Below are positions 25,798 through 39,623 of a stretch of 64,000 bases of DNA, piece after piece. The stretch's first letter is position 1. Each line of letters opens with the position of its first letter. The notes under the pieces were generated by a model that saw only the letters and a list, made by a program, of their open reading frames with translations, did not search any database and was not told the DNA's origin. Origin of the DNA: Cycas panzhihuaensis (lineage: Eukaryota > Plantae > Cycadophyta); the NCBI GenBank assembly GCA_023213395.1, contig CM041465.1, positions 94,991,741 through 95,055,740 of the forward strand, read 5' to 3'. The translations under genes and the position numbers were made by a program.

Positions 25798-28700
25798 TGT
25801 TAAGTAAAGTTATACCCATGGATTATTAAATTAATGTATTCTCTCTTTGATATACACTAAGGGGTCATAGTGTGCATAGTTCTTAATATTGCAGATCATT
25901 GGCTAACCAAGTAGCTCTTCAATTATGATTAGACAATTATAAGGTGGTGTGTATCTATAAATATATATTGATCTTTTATAATATAATTTGAAGATTACTA
26001 TTTCCCATAAGTATATTATATTTATTTATTTGTATATATTTGTTTATTTATTATTTTACTTATATGGATTCATAGTTCATAGACTTGTATATGTATGGTT
26101 ATAAATTTTAAACCAGTATTAGAGTTATCAATATTGGGTACATATTATTTTTTAACATGGTATTAGAGCCCTAATTTAAGACTAGTTTAACCTCAAATAG
26201 GATATAAGACTATGAGTTTTTTCACATGTCGATGTATTTATTCAAAACTTGATTATAGATGCTATTTATGACTAATAAGAGGGGTTGCCTTATCTATCAA
26301 GTGAAGATCTACCGCAAGTTATGGAAGGTTTTTAACTACATTTTTGTAGGGTACTTAGAGCATGTTATTATCACGAATCTCAAAAGGACATTGATTTCTA
26401 AGCATTGAAGAAAATATAATTGAGAGCACTAGTGTTATAGCTATTTCAAGTTCTATAGAGGCTTATCACATGTTTTGATTCATTTTTGGGGTCTTTATAT
26501 GCATGTCTTACTGATGTGTATGTAGGTATTACATATATATATGAGAATAAGGATTTTGAAGTATTCTTAATCACCCTATTAAAGTTGTTAATGTGGTGGG
26601 TAAGACACTATTCTATCCTGTATCATGAGATGAAATGGCCATAATGGATGAGGGTTTTGTAGCATGTTTATTATAGAAAATGGTATATTGGCCTGTGTGA
26701 GGTACATTGATATGTTAGCATTTGATGTAGAGCTTGTTGTTCATAAGAGAACCTATATTTATGAAGAAATTCAACTTGCAATATGTGTATGCAATGAAGA
26801 GATTAGGTCCATTAGGGTTCTTTATTTATGGTGTACTAACCTGTTAGTAAGTTACAAGGTTATAAACTTAAGCTTGTGACTATTTTTTTAGCTTGAAAAT
26901 TCATTGAATGGTGTAGATCAATGTTTTATGATACCTCAATACCTGTTGTGTTTATTATGGCATGTTGATCCAAGGTTTTATCAACTAAAAATAAATGTAG
27001 GTTCCATGCTTTATTGGTAGCTATATTATTAAGAAAATAGTAAACTTTATTCACTTTTTAAATAAGTATCTTAGTGTTTTTCATATCTATGGGGTTATTA
27101 TAGCATGTAGATAATTATGTAGATGAGGAATATATGGTTTACTATGGCTTTTAAGAAGAAATAATTCATGTTTGGATTAGGCATTCTCCATGGAACTAAC
27201 CATTCTTTTAGAGTAAATAATCATTATTTCTCATATTTTTAGCATTATGGGGGGATGTTAGTCTAAGGTGAAGGAACATTTAGCCTCAAACTTATTATTT
27301 TCATTGACAATTTATTAATCAAATCAAGTTGCCCATGGCTTTGTATCGTTGAGTCACATGCAAGTCACCCATTGAAGTGGCAACTAAATTTTAAAAATTT
27401 TCATGTTATAATTTTATAACTTTAATAAAATGATATTAAAATATTTTTAAATATGTTTGAAATACACTTATCTCTCATAGGAAGTTATGTGGATGTTTAA
27501 TATAATCAAAATCTAATTTAAAAAAGGCTGAAATTTTAATTTTTAAGCTTTTTCACTTAAGAATGTGCTTATGCTTACTAAAATATTATTATCCTCTCAT
27601 ATAGTCTTAGAATTTAATTTTGTCAATTATATTAAAAATGTTGGAATATGTGATTATTCTCACATATCTAATGTTTAATATAAGATTATGGACCTACACA
27701 ATGCCACATACAAAAGCATTAACTGATATAATAATGCATGATTATTTATGTACACATCCTACTGGATGATTAAAAAGGCTCAAAGATATTATAGGTTATT
27801 CATAAGGTGGAATATCTATAAATATATACACACACAATTTGAGAACTTGAGAGAGGCAGGGTTGAATTAAAGATATAATCACTTAAAGATCATTATAGAG
27901 ATGTTCTTAAGGACTCTAACCTTCTCCTATGATTTTTTCCACATTAGATTTTCTATGTATAAATTTGTTACCTCTTTTAGTAATAGTTTATGGTGCTTAT
28001 TACTTATTGATATGATATTAGTTTATGTTCATGATATTACTTCATATGTTGATCATACATTACATGAATTATGTACATAATTCTCATGATACATTATGAT
28101 TCATTATACTTCATTATTATGCTTCCACTATGCATGATGAGTACATTCTGACATGTTAGTAAAGTTAAATTTAAAATTTTAATATGGTATTAGAGCCACA
28201 GTGAGAGCTTGGTTACTAGCCATGTTGTGAAAGATCTTATGGAGAAATTATAAAGAAGTTGATGCAAGATGTTATGTGAAATGAGCTAGTATCCCATCAG
28301 TAAATCTAAAACAAGTAGTAGATCTATATAAATAAAGTATGACATGATATTACTTTTTAACTAGCATTATAATAGATATTTAAAGCATAAAATAGGTATG
28401 TTATTTGGGCACCATGATATACGATATATTGATAGTTCAAAGGTAGTAGACAAAATAAGGTATAAATGGGAAAAGAATAATGCTTTAAGATAAATGATGA
28501 CTATGACCTGAAGAGATAGTATGGGCATGAGTAAATCATGGTAAATTATATTTCATTATCACTATTGAGGAGCTTAGGATTTTGAAGTGTATGCTTTCCC
28601 AAGTGCCACTATTATGAAAATGTTGCTACTAGATCTATGTATGACATAATGTAATCGTAGGAATAATATTCTATAAAGAGAGAAAATTAACGATGGATTA

Positions 28701-31700
28701 GTAAAGTTCCTGATCACCTTAGCTATCAAAGTATATTGAAGCATCCCTTCCCTTCACTATTGATATGTCATGTCACTATTTGACGGAGGTTGATTATACA
28801 TTTATTACCTTGTGAAAAAATATAAGAACCTTATACTCATGTTTTAGTAAAGCTCATCATAAATTGATGAATCTATAATGAGAAGGAGCTCACCCTAATA
28901 CTACATATCACATAAAGCCCTATTATGCCATAGTTATCTTTGGATGCTTTGCACCTCCATCATGAAGATATGATGGTTTTGAGTGCTATGAAAACTGTTA
29001 TATGGAGCTTGCCCCTACTGAGTTATGAGTGCTCTTTATGTGGTAACTTATGTAATGCCAGTGGTTGTAATCATGCCTATTTAAGGATTATAGTGATAAA
29101 GAAAATCATCATTATTAATATCTTCATATGAAAAAAAAGAGATCATTATATCTATCATTTATAGAGTGCCCATAGAGATTATGTTTGTGCATAAGATAAT
29201 TTATGTGCCACCTATCTACCTGTTGAAATTCTTATTGACATGAAGATAAAAATTTGGTTGATATACCAACAATTCAAGACATATCAAAAATGATCATTGA
29301 TTTAATTTTGTTATACATTGTTACATGAAATTTTTACAGGTAATTTGATCTTAGGCATTAAAGAATTATAATATAGTTACAAAATTAAATCAGTGGTTGG
29401 TTAGATAGAGGAGATAAGTGACCAACAACCTAATCTAAAAGGGGATAAAGTGTTTTTTTAAAGGACTGCATGAGTTTTTAGGACATACTATCATATTTTT
29501 TAACCTGAATTTTCATTCAAGTGTTTATGTCTAGAGCCATTAGTTGCACTGAAAAGAGAATTTTAAGATGGTCAAAATAATTGGTTATAAGATATATATT
29601 AGAGATTAGATGATAGAGATTTTAGTTGATAAACTTTACTAAAGTATTTTTGACATCATAAAAATTATATTATTTGAGATTTTTCAAATCTAATTTGGCA
29701 TATCTTGATATTTTTAAAGGTTTCCAATATCATGTTGATGCAAATTAATGATAGACAAAGAAAGAAAATAGAAGTTTCATTTAAAATAAAGATATTAAAG
29801 ATTCATTTATGACATTTTAAGGCTCAAAATTGATAAAAGATTAAAGATATTGAACATGTTTGGTAAAGATTTGATGTGGAAATCTCGTTACATATATTAG
29901 ACATAATGAAAATCCCCCTTGACACTTATCACATTTGGTTTACTAATATACAACACTATATTGAGAAAGGGCCCAATGTTTATTTTTTAAAGAGATGATG
30001 AGTTGATGATGTTATTTTCCATTTATTTATGAGACATAGCAATGTCTTATATATTATTTACTTGGTACCAAAATTAGTTATTAAGGAGTCTAGCTAATAT
30101 TAAATACATATTTATCAGTGAAAAATCTAACTTATTATATATGATAAGAGGTGTAGAAACATATTATTTACATTACCTTATTATAACTATCTTGACTTGG
30201 ATAGATGGTATGCCCTATTCCTAGGGTTAGTATGTTTAGTTTATTGATTTGTTGATATTAATGATATTTATTGGTTACCAAAAGTAAGTTATTAATATGA
30301 TTATGGATGGAGTAAGCACATAAGGTTATCTCATATACACGAGGCAAACAAAAGTTTATAAGCTACTCTTATACAACATATAGCAAGTGTTGTTATTCTT
30401 GTATGCAAAATGTGAGATATTCATGTTACTCTTATACAACATATTAACTTAACAATTAGTATTATTTCTTTTATTGGTGAACTACATACAAGAAATACAT
30501 CCTAGAGAACTAGTAATTATAGTAGTTGATTACCCATATATCTTAATAAATGATTATTGTTTTATATAAACATCAATAATTATTTTTATTTATGAGATTG
30601 ATGAGATAACAGGTTAAGAGTGTTGATTAATCACAACTTTACAGGTAAAGATATGAAGTTATTGAGGAGAAAACTTCATATAAATATGACAAGTGAAAGT
30701 CATGAATTAATATTGATTATTTGGTTGATTAATGATTAGTATATAGATTTATAGGTATTTTATAGGTGGATGATCATGGTTAATCATAGTTGGTCACTAA
30801 TGATTATAGTTAGCTATAGATGGTTACAAGTTAATTGCTTATAGGAGATAAGCACGATATTAACAGATTTATAGGTTATAGGTAAAACAACTTTATTTAG
30901 ATTAATACAAATTTGATATAGATTTATAGATTATAGTATATAAGAAAATCATAAAGATATTAAAGACCTAGGATAAAGATAAAAATTATAAATTGAAGAT
31001 AGTAAACACTAAGGAAGAGTGTTAGAATATGTGATCATTCTCACATATCCAATATTTTATATAAGATTGTGGGCCCACACAATCCCCCATATAAAAGTAT
31101 TAATAGATATGACAATGTATGAGTATTTATATATGCATATTATTGGATGATGAAAAAGCTCAAAAATATTATAGGTTATTCACGAGGTGATATATGTATA
31201 AATATGTATACACACCACTTAAGAACTTAAAAGAGGAAGGATTGACTTAGAGATATAATTATTTGAAGATCATTAAAAAGGAGTTCCTAAAGACTTCAAC
31301 CTTCTCCAATGATTTTCTTCACATTGAATTTTTCACATATAAATCTATTGTCTCTTGTGGTGATACTTTATAATTCTTATTACTTATTGATATATTATTA
31401 TTTTATGTTTATGATATTTACTTTATATGTTGATCATATAATACATGAATTATGTACATAACTTTGATGATATATTATAATTTATTACACTTCATTATTA
31501 TGCTTCCACTATGTATGAAGAGTATATTCTAACATGCCATTAGAGTTAAATTCAAAATTCCAATAGAAAAGATGACTCATGGGACTTTCTAATGAGTATC
31601 CATAAAATACGCTTTAGACATTTTTAAGGGTAGTTTTAATGGTTGAAAGTTTAAATATTGGTTTAGTAAAGTGTTAAATTAGAGCCTATGCCTAGAAAAA

Positions 31701-32389
31701 GAAGTGTTTTATTATATGTTATAGGTTAGATAACCATTTTTGTAGGTTTGTTTCTTAGTTTAATCGATGGGGCTAATATTTTTTAGCTAAGTTTTCTCCT
31801 AGAGGTGTCACCTCAACTAAGAGGAGACTAGAAATAGGAAAAATTAGAGTAAAGGGAGGTTGCTTAGTAGTCAAATATTAGTGATTCATGCATGTGAAGA
31901 CTATTCTAGAGGAATGGTAGGTACAATGGCTAGTTACACATATACTCTGGAAGATATTTAGCTTTTACATAGAACTAACATCATAATTGAAGTAGTTATG
32001 TGATAGGGATTAAATATTAAAGGGAGAATTTTGGGTAATATTAAACCTATATATTATTAAATTAATTTATTTCCTCTTTGATATATACTAAGGGGTCATA
32101 TTATACATACTTTATTAATATTATATGTCATTATTTAACCAATTGGCTTATGAATTATGATTAAACAACCATGAAGTAGTGTATATCTATAAATATATAT
32201 TGATTTCTTATAATATAATTTGAATGTGATTATTTACCATAAGTATATTATATTTATATGATTGTATATATATATTTATTTATTATTTCACCAATATGGC
32301 TTTATAGTTCATAGTCTTAGGTATGTATGGTTATAGATTTTAATTTGGTATTAGAACCATCAATTCTAAGTGCATATTATTTTTCAACA
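25798..32389 (+). mobile_element. Non-autonomous Met-primed LTR element
   Basis: LTRs 25798-26157 and 32029-32389; PBS TGGTATTAGAGC at 26158; PPT AAAGGGAGAA; TSD ATTAA/CTTAA. Confidence 0.82.
27639..31565 (+). mobile_element. Nested non-coding LTR element (LARD/TRIM-like)
   Basis: 546-bp LTRs 27639-28184 and 31020-31565; PBS at 28185; PPT AAGGAAGAG; TSD AAAAA/GAAAA; no recognisable pol. Confidence 0.85.
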
Positions 32390-32399
32390 CTTAAGAGGT

Positions 32400-35300
32400 T
32401 ACCACTCATTTTTCATGATGTTAACCAATGCTTTGATATACTCTTCTTTTGTAATATTCAAAGGCATGACTATCTCTCTTAGATTATGGGCTTCATACGA
32501 CAAGTCCCATAAATGGATAACTATCTTCATTTATCTTCAATGTATCTACTTCATAATTCTTATAATACTAGTTGCCCTATTGTAGCTCTATGTAGTTAGA
32601 ATAAAAGGCTAACATCTATACTAGAAGCTTTTTATTATAGAGGCTAAATTTATAAAGGTTTATATTTTTTTTTAATAGTGATGAAATTTCACTTGCATCC
32701 CTCATTATCTACATTATAGTCAAATGAATGTCAATACTTCCATAGTTATATCCTCCTACATAGATAAGTTATATTTCCTAATCATCTATTTCCTTTTGAT
32801 CTTTACTAATTTGATGTTTTATTTCTCCTTTTCCTATTTATAGAATCTTCCTTTAGGAAACCCCTTATTGGGGATTGTAGTTAAATCCACTTTAAATTCC
32901 TTAACTCTCATTATTATTAGAGCTAGGTTAGAGTGTATATTATACCTCTACTTTCTCCTCTCTTTGTAAAGATCATGTTTCTTTATTTATATATATCTAA
33001 GTCTTTGAGCAGAAAAGACTTAAGGACTCTTACTCCATAATCTTCTAGGTTGTTAGAATGTGACAAAAAATGGTTGGGAGGCTAAAATTTTGACATGTTG
33101 GCAGCGTGAGTTCCACCCTAAATCTTCCTTGGGGGGTTCCAAGGGGGCCGGGAGCCCCCATTGGCCAGGGGAGCCCCAAAAAATTAGCACTGGAAATTAT
33201 ATTAAATTGTAAAGAGAATCAGGGTCATTTGATAAAAATACCCTAGATTCTATGGTCAAGATTTGTACTATGTATGACCCACTTATGTAGCCCGATTTAG
33301 GGCATATTTCTTTATGTTGAGGTTGTTCAATGTACTATGAGTAGGGCAGCAGCTGCTTGTTGTTGCTGAGAGTACTCTACTACTAGTTATGTACATTATC
33401 TCCATTATGTGATAATAAAGATCAATACCTTTCCTGTGTAGATGTTTTCCTAGCACACTACTGGGGTTTTACCATGTTATATCGTGTGTACATTTTATGC
33501 TTGGCTTTCTTATTCATTTTATTATTTTATCTCTACTTTAAGAACTTACATGTAATTTTAGTTTTGATTCCTATAACTAGTTGCAAGAATAGTTTAGATC
33601 TTGGTGGCAGTTTCAGGGTATTGGGACCTTGTCATCTCAAAATAGGTGGGGATCTATAAAGTTAAACTTATCTCCTTTATCTTACTGCTAGGCAATTTCT
33701 TCTACCATTTGAATTGCTTCTATTACAAATATTTTATAGTGTAGATTGGTGTGTAAGCTAGAGAAATATATATAAGGATCTCACTCGAGATGGTAGCTTC
33801 CGTAATTACTTAGATTCCATGTATTAGGTTGATCTTTGTCCTAGATTTATTCACCATAGAGGTTTTTTATGTAGGATTTATTATCCTTTTAGAGGAGGTA
33901 GAAGAAGAAATGTCAATATTTTTCTTTATGATCATGAATTATCCTTTCTTTTCCCTTTATTATTAAGTTTGATCAGCAGTAGGGGATTTTTGTAAAGAAC
34001 ATGAATCTATTTCATTTGGTTCTCCTCATTTTATATATTTTTCCATTCAACATTGAGAGGATAAATGACTTGGTTAGGGAGTTGGTGGTTGAGGATCTAT
34101 TTTATAATGTTAGTCTTCTGAAATAGAGTAGCAAAATGACTCTCGCCCATTAAGTTAATATGTGAGCTAAGACATCCCATGCATAGTTAAGCATCTTACT
34201 ATTACTATATTTAGTTTACAATATTATTCAACCTTTTTATATAATTAGAAATGAATATATTTTGAAGTGATTGGGTTTAAAGTAGACGACTTGTCTACCA
34301 TCTAATAATTGAACACCACTAATAGCTTCTAAAATGGGACCTTTTTATGTTTTATAGTCATTCTTACTTTGATTAAGATGATCTTCCTACAAATATATAA
34401 AAAACATATCTCATCTTGAGGGTATTTTGGAAGATATAATATGAACCCTTATAAACCATTTAACCATATTATATAACAATTTAGGAATAGGTAAAAGTAC
34501 CTATTTTGCTATCCATTTGTCCTTTCTGTCCATTTTTATATATCTTCACTTACTCTTTGAAGTCTTCCTAGGGCTCTTTTAATTATGAATAAAACTCTAA
34601 TAACTATATCATAGTTGAATAATGGATGCTTTATGTTCCATATATTCTAATAAAGAAAGGACAGAGCCATTCTAACTCCCTAGATTTATCAATGAATTGG
34701 GAGTGTAGGACCTATTTGGATAGAATCAAGCATAACATAAATTAAATAATAAATCATGATGAATTTACAACCTTTCTTGATCTCTCACAATTAACAAGCG
34801 AGGAATTAACTCATGAGTAGGACCCACTAAATTATTTTCTTATTATTTTAGATATAATACATAATATAAGCCATTATTTTAACCATTTTCTCTAAGTCTT
34901 CCTTTTTAAAAATTTTAGGTAAGAGTAACACCTATTTCTATATTTTAGGGTGGAGCTTCTTTATGGTATAAATAACCTATTTGGCTAACTTATTAGGCTT
35001 TTCAATCATCTAACTATGTTTTACTTATGCTAATTATTTTCCCTTATCCATGATAACCTCAAAATGGGTGCAATGAAAGGGGCTATTTAACTTAGGTAAT
35101 TTGAACATCCTATGGAAGTTTTCCATGATGAGATCATAGAAGGGATACCCATATATTTTGCATATCATCTATTTCTTTTCATATAACCTTTTAAGATAAA
35201 GTATAGAATCTTAGGGTATGGGAGTATTTTAGAGACTACCCTGAGTTGAACCAATCTTAACTTCTATAAACTATTATGAGCATCTTCTTTACCTTTGTAT
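32400..35300 (-). mobile_element. Possible highly decayed LINE remnant
   Basis: Weak ORF1-like motifs on the minus strand (..KEDLEKMVK.. near 34900); boundaries uncertain. Confidence 0.3.
33051..33642 (+). mobile_element. Solo LTR
   Basis: Starts TGTTAG; perfect TAGGT TSD (33046-50 / 33643-47); GC-rich GGGGGTTCCAAGGGGGCC..CCCC motif; terminal CA decayed; strand inferred. Confidence 0.7.
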
Positions 35301-38300
35301 TGACTTTTTAGATGATCTTAATGGTGTTCCCAATATCATTAATAACCTATATATTGCTTACCTTTTGGCTTCTACTTACCATTATATTGAGTAAGCATTG
35401 ATGCTTTGTAAACTTTGAAAAAACTTACTACCTTAATTTAATGAACTATTAATAAAAAATTTCAATTCTTAATCAATAAATTAAACATGCAAGAATGCAA
35501 CTAGCAATGGATAATTAGTAGTACTTGGGTGGGAATTCAACCTAATATATTCACTTACATTCTACTATCTTAATTAGTTAGAAATTTCTCATTAGGAAAT
35601 TTTGAATTTCACTACTCGCTTTTGAATTCTATGAAATAACCTCTTCAATATCAAGTAGTAGGGCTTCATGAGACTAAGTATTTAGGAATTCTTTTTATTA
35701 CCTCATGATATTCCCATATGCAACTTCATTTCTATTTTCAAAAAAAAACTTTTTTTAAGTGTTTGTGAGTTAGTGGATTTCCAACTTTTTAAAACATACT
35801 TTTATTAACCCTCATAAATCGTCTTCTTTTGGTACCCTTTTGTGCTTTGGAAATGTGCCTCCTTTTCGTTTTTTGCAAGCTTTATAAATTGGAAAATTTT
35901 CTTTCTCTATAAAGTCTCCTCATATGTTGTTTCTTGTACTTGGTGACTTTGTATTTTATGATATCATCTCAAGTTACTTTACAAAGCCACAAAATAGATG
36001 TTATGTAATGCCATATTGCTAAAATCCTATGCAACCTTATAATTCTTTCTTTTACACTTTCTACATAGTGTGATCTTAGATTTTTATCACTTTTAAAAAA
36101 TTGAGGACTCTAAGAACTAATTCCTATGTTTTTCCTTGATGTCCTCCTTTAAGCATTATTAGGGTAATACCCATCTCAGGTAAATATCCAATGCTACATA
36201 ACTCATCGTATTAAGTTATGTAAATCATTAACAAGCAAAGAGATACCATAAGGTTAAGTGATAAGATTAGTTATAAAACTTTGAGTGTGTGCCACTAAGT
36301 TATCCAATGAAATGTAAGGTTACTAAGTTGTCCAATAAAATGTAAGGCCACTTGGGCCACCAATAGGATTACTTGAAAAATACCCTCTTTTGTTTATTTA
36401 AGGGTCACAAATTGTAGAAGATGGTTAACTTGATATTTCTCTTCTAATAAGAATTATACTATAGTACTCTCTTTTGGTTATCAATTAATGCTCTTGTTCT
36501 TTTAAGTCCCTTTGGTAATCTATTTGTCCTTTATAGTTAGATAAAGTAGTTACAAATCTTCTATTTTTCTATTATTATAAAGAGAGACTTTGAGAAGAAA
36601 TATCTTAAGTAGTATCAAAGTGAGGCTTAAAAACTTATGGAGTAGCCAAAAGTAAGAGAAAAGAGGGAATTTTTTTTCCTATTAGTGACTCTTATAACCC
36701 CTCTCTTCTATTTCAATTTCTATTATTTCATTTTTGTTAAAGGGTAGATAATGTTGCTTAGCAGCTACCATTTCCATTCCCTCATGCTCCTCCTTTAGTT
36801 ATTTGGTAGATAACTCTATGTGGCAACTACCCACCCTAGGTAGAGACCATATTCTAAGGTCTTTAAATATCGTGAAAGATCTATCATTATGGGATTTTTT
36901 TATGACTATATAAAGGAATTCAATTAACTCCATTGAACCAAGCCTTAGATAGAACTCGTATATACAAGTGAGCCTCCATGTACCTTTATATATATAGGAG
37001 GAGCCCTTCAAGGATCTTCTTTCTTGCTTAGAGCAAGTAACCCTTCAGTCGTTTGTCCTCTATGGTGCATGAATTAGTGGTTAGTGCCTAAAGTCACTTT
37101 GGACAAATACTGATGCATGATTGTAGACCTCATAAAGGCAGTCTTTCCTTCATAGGTAGTGCCCTAAGATACTAGGCCAAGCTATAGAATTGATAGAGAA
37201 GTTTATCAAAGGGCCCATATAGCCAAGTAACCCTAGTGTTAGAGTTTGGAAGTTGTCATTTAATCTAAAAGTTTCACTTACTCAACAAAACTAAATCTGT
37301 TAATTTATTTATATTCATCTATCCTAGACACCACAACCTTACAAAGAGAAGGTAATAACTTCACTAATACTTGTATGAATTTGAAATAGTCTAAACTATT
37401 ATAATTTCCATGGACTAAAAAGGTATAGTTTAATATCATACATCCTATTTCATTCAACGCTTTAAGTTGATCGAGTTGCACTAGGTCAATTTGTTGGGTA
37501 TTACAATACCCAGATCATCAGTGGGATCCACTAACAAAATTTCACTATTAAAACTCACCCACCCTAGTTTAATAAGCTCTTTGTACTCATCCACATATAC
37601 TAGATCATTCTATTATGTAAATTTTGGGGTTAATAGGCTATAGACATCTCACCCCTACCCCTAGCTCCCTTCTCTTTCCCCTAGCAAAGACATCTCAACT
37701 TCTTGGAGTCCCATTCTATCTTTCTTTTCCCATTCATTTATACCCCTCTTATCTTACTCATCCCACTTTATAAATTTCTTCTTCTAACCATGCCCACTTC
37801 TTTAAACCCTTTCTACACTTGTCATAGCCCCTCATAGTCAAAGCATCAGAATTACAATACTTGAGAGAATCAAGTCACTACCTTCTAATAGGAAGCCAAA
37901 TAAGAAATTACCATTATGCAAGAGAAGGTTCAACATGAACTAGCCAACATACACTAAAGCATTACAATAGAATTATCTACTCTTTCATCCAAGTTATATA
38001 TGACTAAGATATGGCAATCATTTCATCCAATCTACTAGGACTATCAACTCTAGTTAACCCCACTCTATACTAACTTTGCCTCCACAATAGTAGCAATTGT
38101 TTCACCATAATATCAACATCCTAGTGTTTGATCTCAACCTCAATAAGGATAGTACATGAAGCTGGATCAATAAATTAGAGTCTTACTTTAGCCTCAACCC
38201 AATGAAAGTTAACGATCAACTTATATCCGTGTCCATCCATTTAGATGGAAAGGCACACCATTAGTTTTGACCGTAGAAGCAAGAATACTTATCTAGTCAA

Positions 38301-38473
38301 TCTTGGGCCCATTTCTCTATAATCTTCTTTAAGCAATATGAGGATACCTAGAATCAATCCTTCTTCACATAATTGACATAGTTTAAACAAGTATCATCTA
38401 TAAAAGTATGCATCAATAAGTTTCAATATTTTTATAATTAGGTTGATCAGCAACTTGATAAATAAATAAAGAT

Positions 38474-38578
<105 letters not shown>

Positions 38579-38892
38579 CTCAAAGAGAACATTTAAATAT
38601 TCTTTAAGATTATGTCTCTATATACTCTAAAGGATGCGATTAATATGGCCAAAGTGTTTGAAGTAGAATTTACCTTAGATAGGCCCCCTCTATTTAGACA
38701 AGATTCCATTAGCTTCAAAGATCATAATAAGCTAACTACTAATGAGATACCACTTGGTCTCAAAGATTGTGCCAAGAAGACTAGCAATGATCATTCCCAT
38801 GATTGGAAAGTGCTTAATCTACATCTATCAAGCATCATTCAGAGGAACCATCAAAAAAATCCATTTAAATCACTCTAGTAGAGGAATAACAC

Positions 38893-39623
38893 CAAGAAGC
38901 TAATCTTTATATGGAATGCTGAAAAAAATGGACCCTCAATCATGGTAGAGTCTATAAGACCAAGAAGATGGTATTCATAATTGACCTTAACTTATCTCTT
39001 GAAGACAACACCAATTCCAATCATGAATATGAAGAAGAACCCCAAGATGACCTTACTGAAGAGCTACCCCCTAATCCTAAACTTAAAGTTTCTTTATCTA
39101 TTATCACCTCCCTCATGTCCTAAGCCCATATTGGGTTCTATATAAAGATTAAGCTATCTAGTAATGGATATATCGATGAAGTTTAGCGATGCACCATTGT
39201 TGATCAGAATGATAATGGGGTCTTTTCAAAGTGTTCCTTAGAACATGAGGTGGAGGTGATAATAGATAAAGAAACTTTAGGTTTGCGATTAGGAGGTAGC
39301 TCTTCAGTAGGGTGGTCTTGGGGGTCTTCTTCATGTTCATGATTGGAATTGGGGTCATCTTCTACAGATAAGTCAAGGTCAATTATGAACACCATATTCT
39401 TGGTTTTTCAAATGCTACCATGAATGAGGGTCCACCCTTTTTAGCATTGCATACAAAGACTGGCTTCTTGAGTAGTAATGATAATGGGGTTTTTTCATAG
39501 TGTTAAAGGAACACTTCAGAAAAATACCATTATCATTATGATCAATGGTGGCACATCGCTAAACTTCATTGATATATCTATTTCCAGATAGATTAATCTT
39601 TATATAGAACCTAAGATAGGCTT
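38893..39623. repeat. Inserted inverted duplication
   Basis: 39122-39470 is the diverged reverse complement of 38893-39124 plus 39503-39623. Confidence 0.92.
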
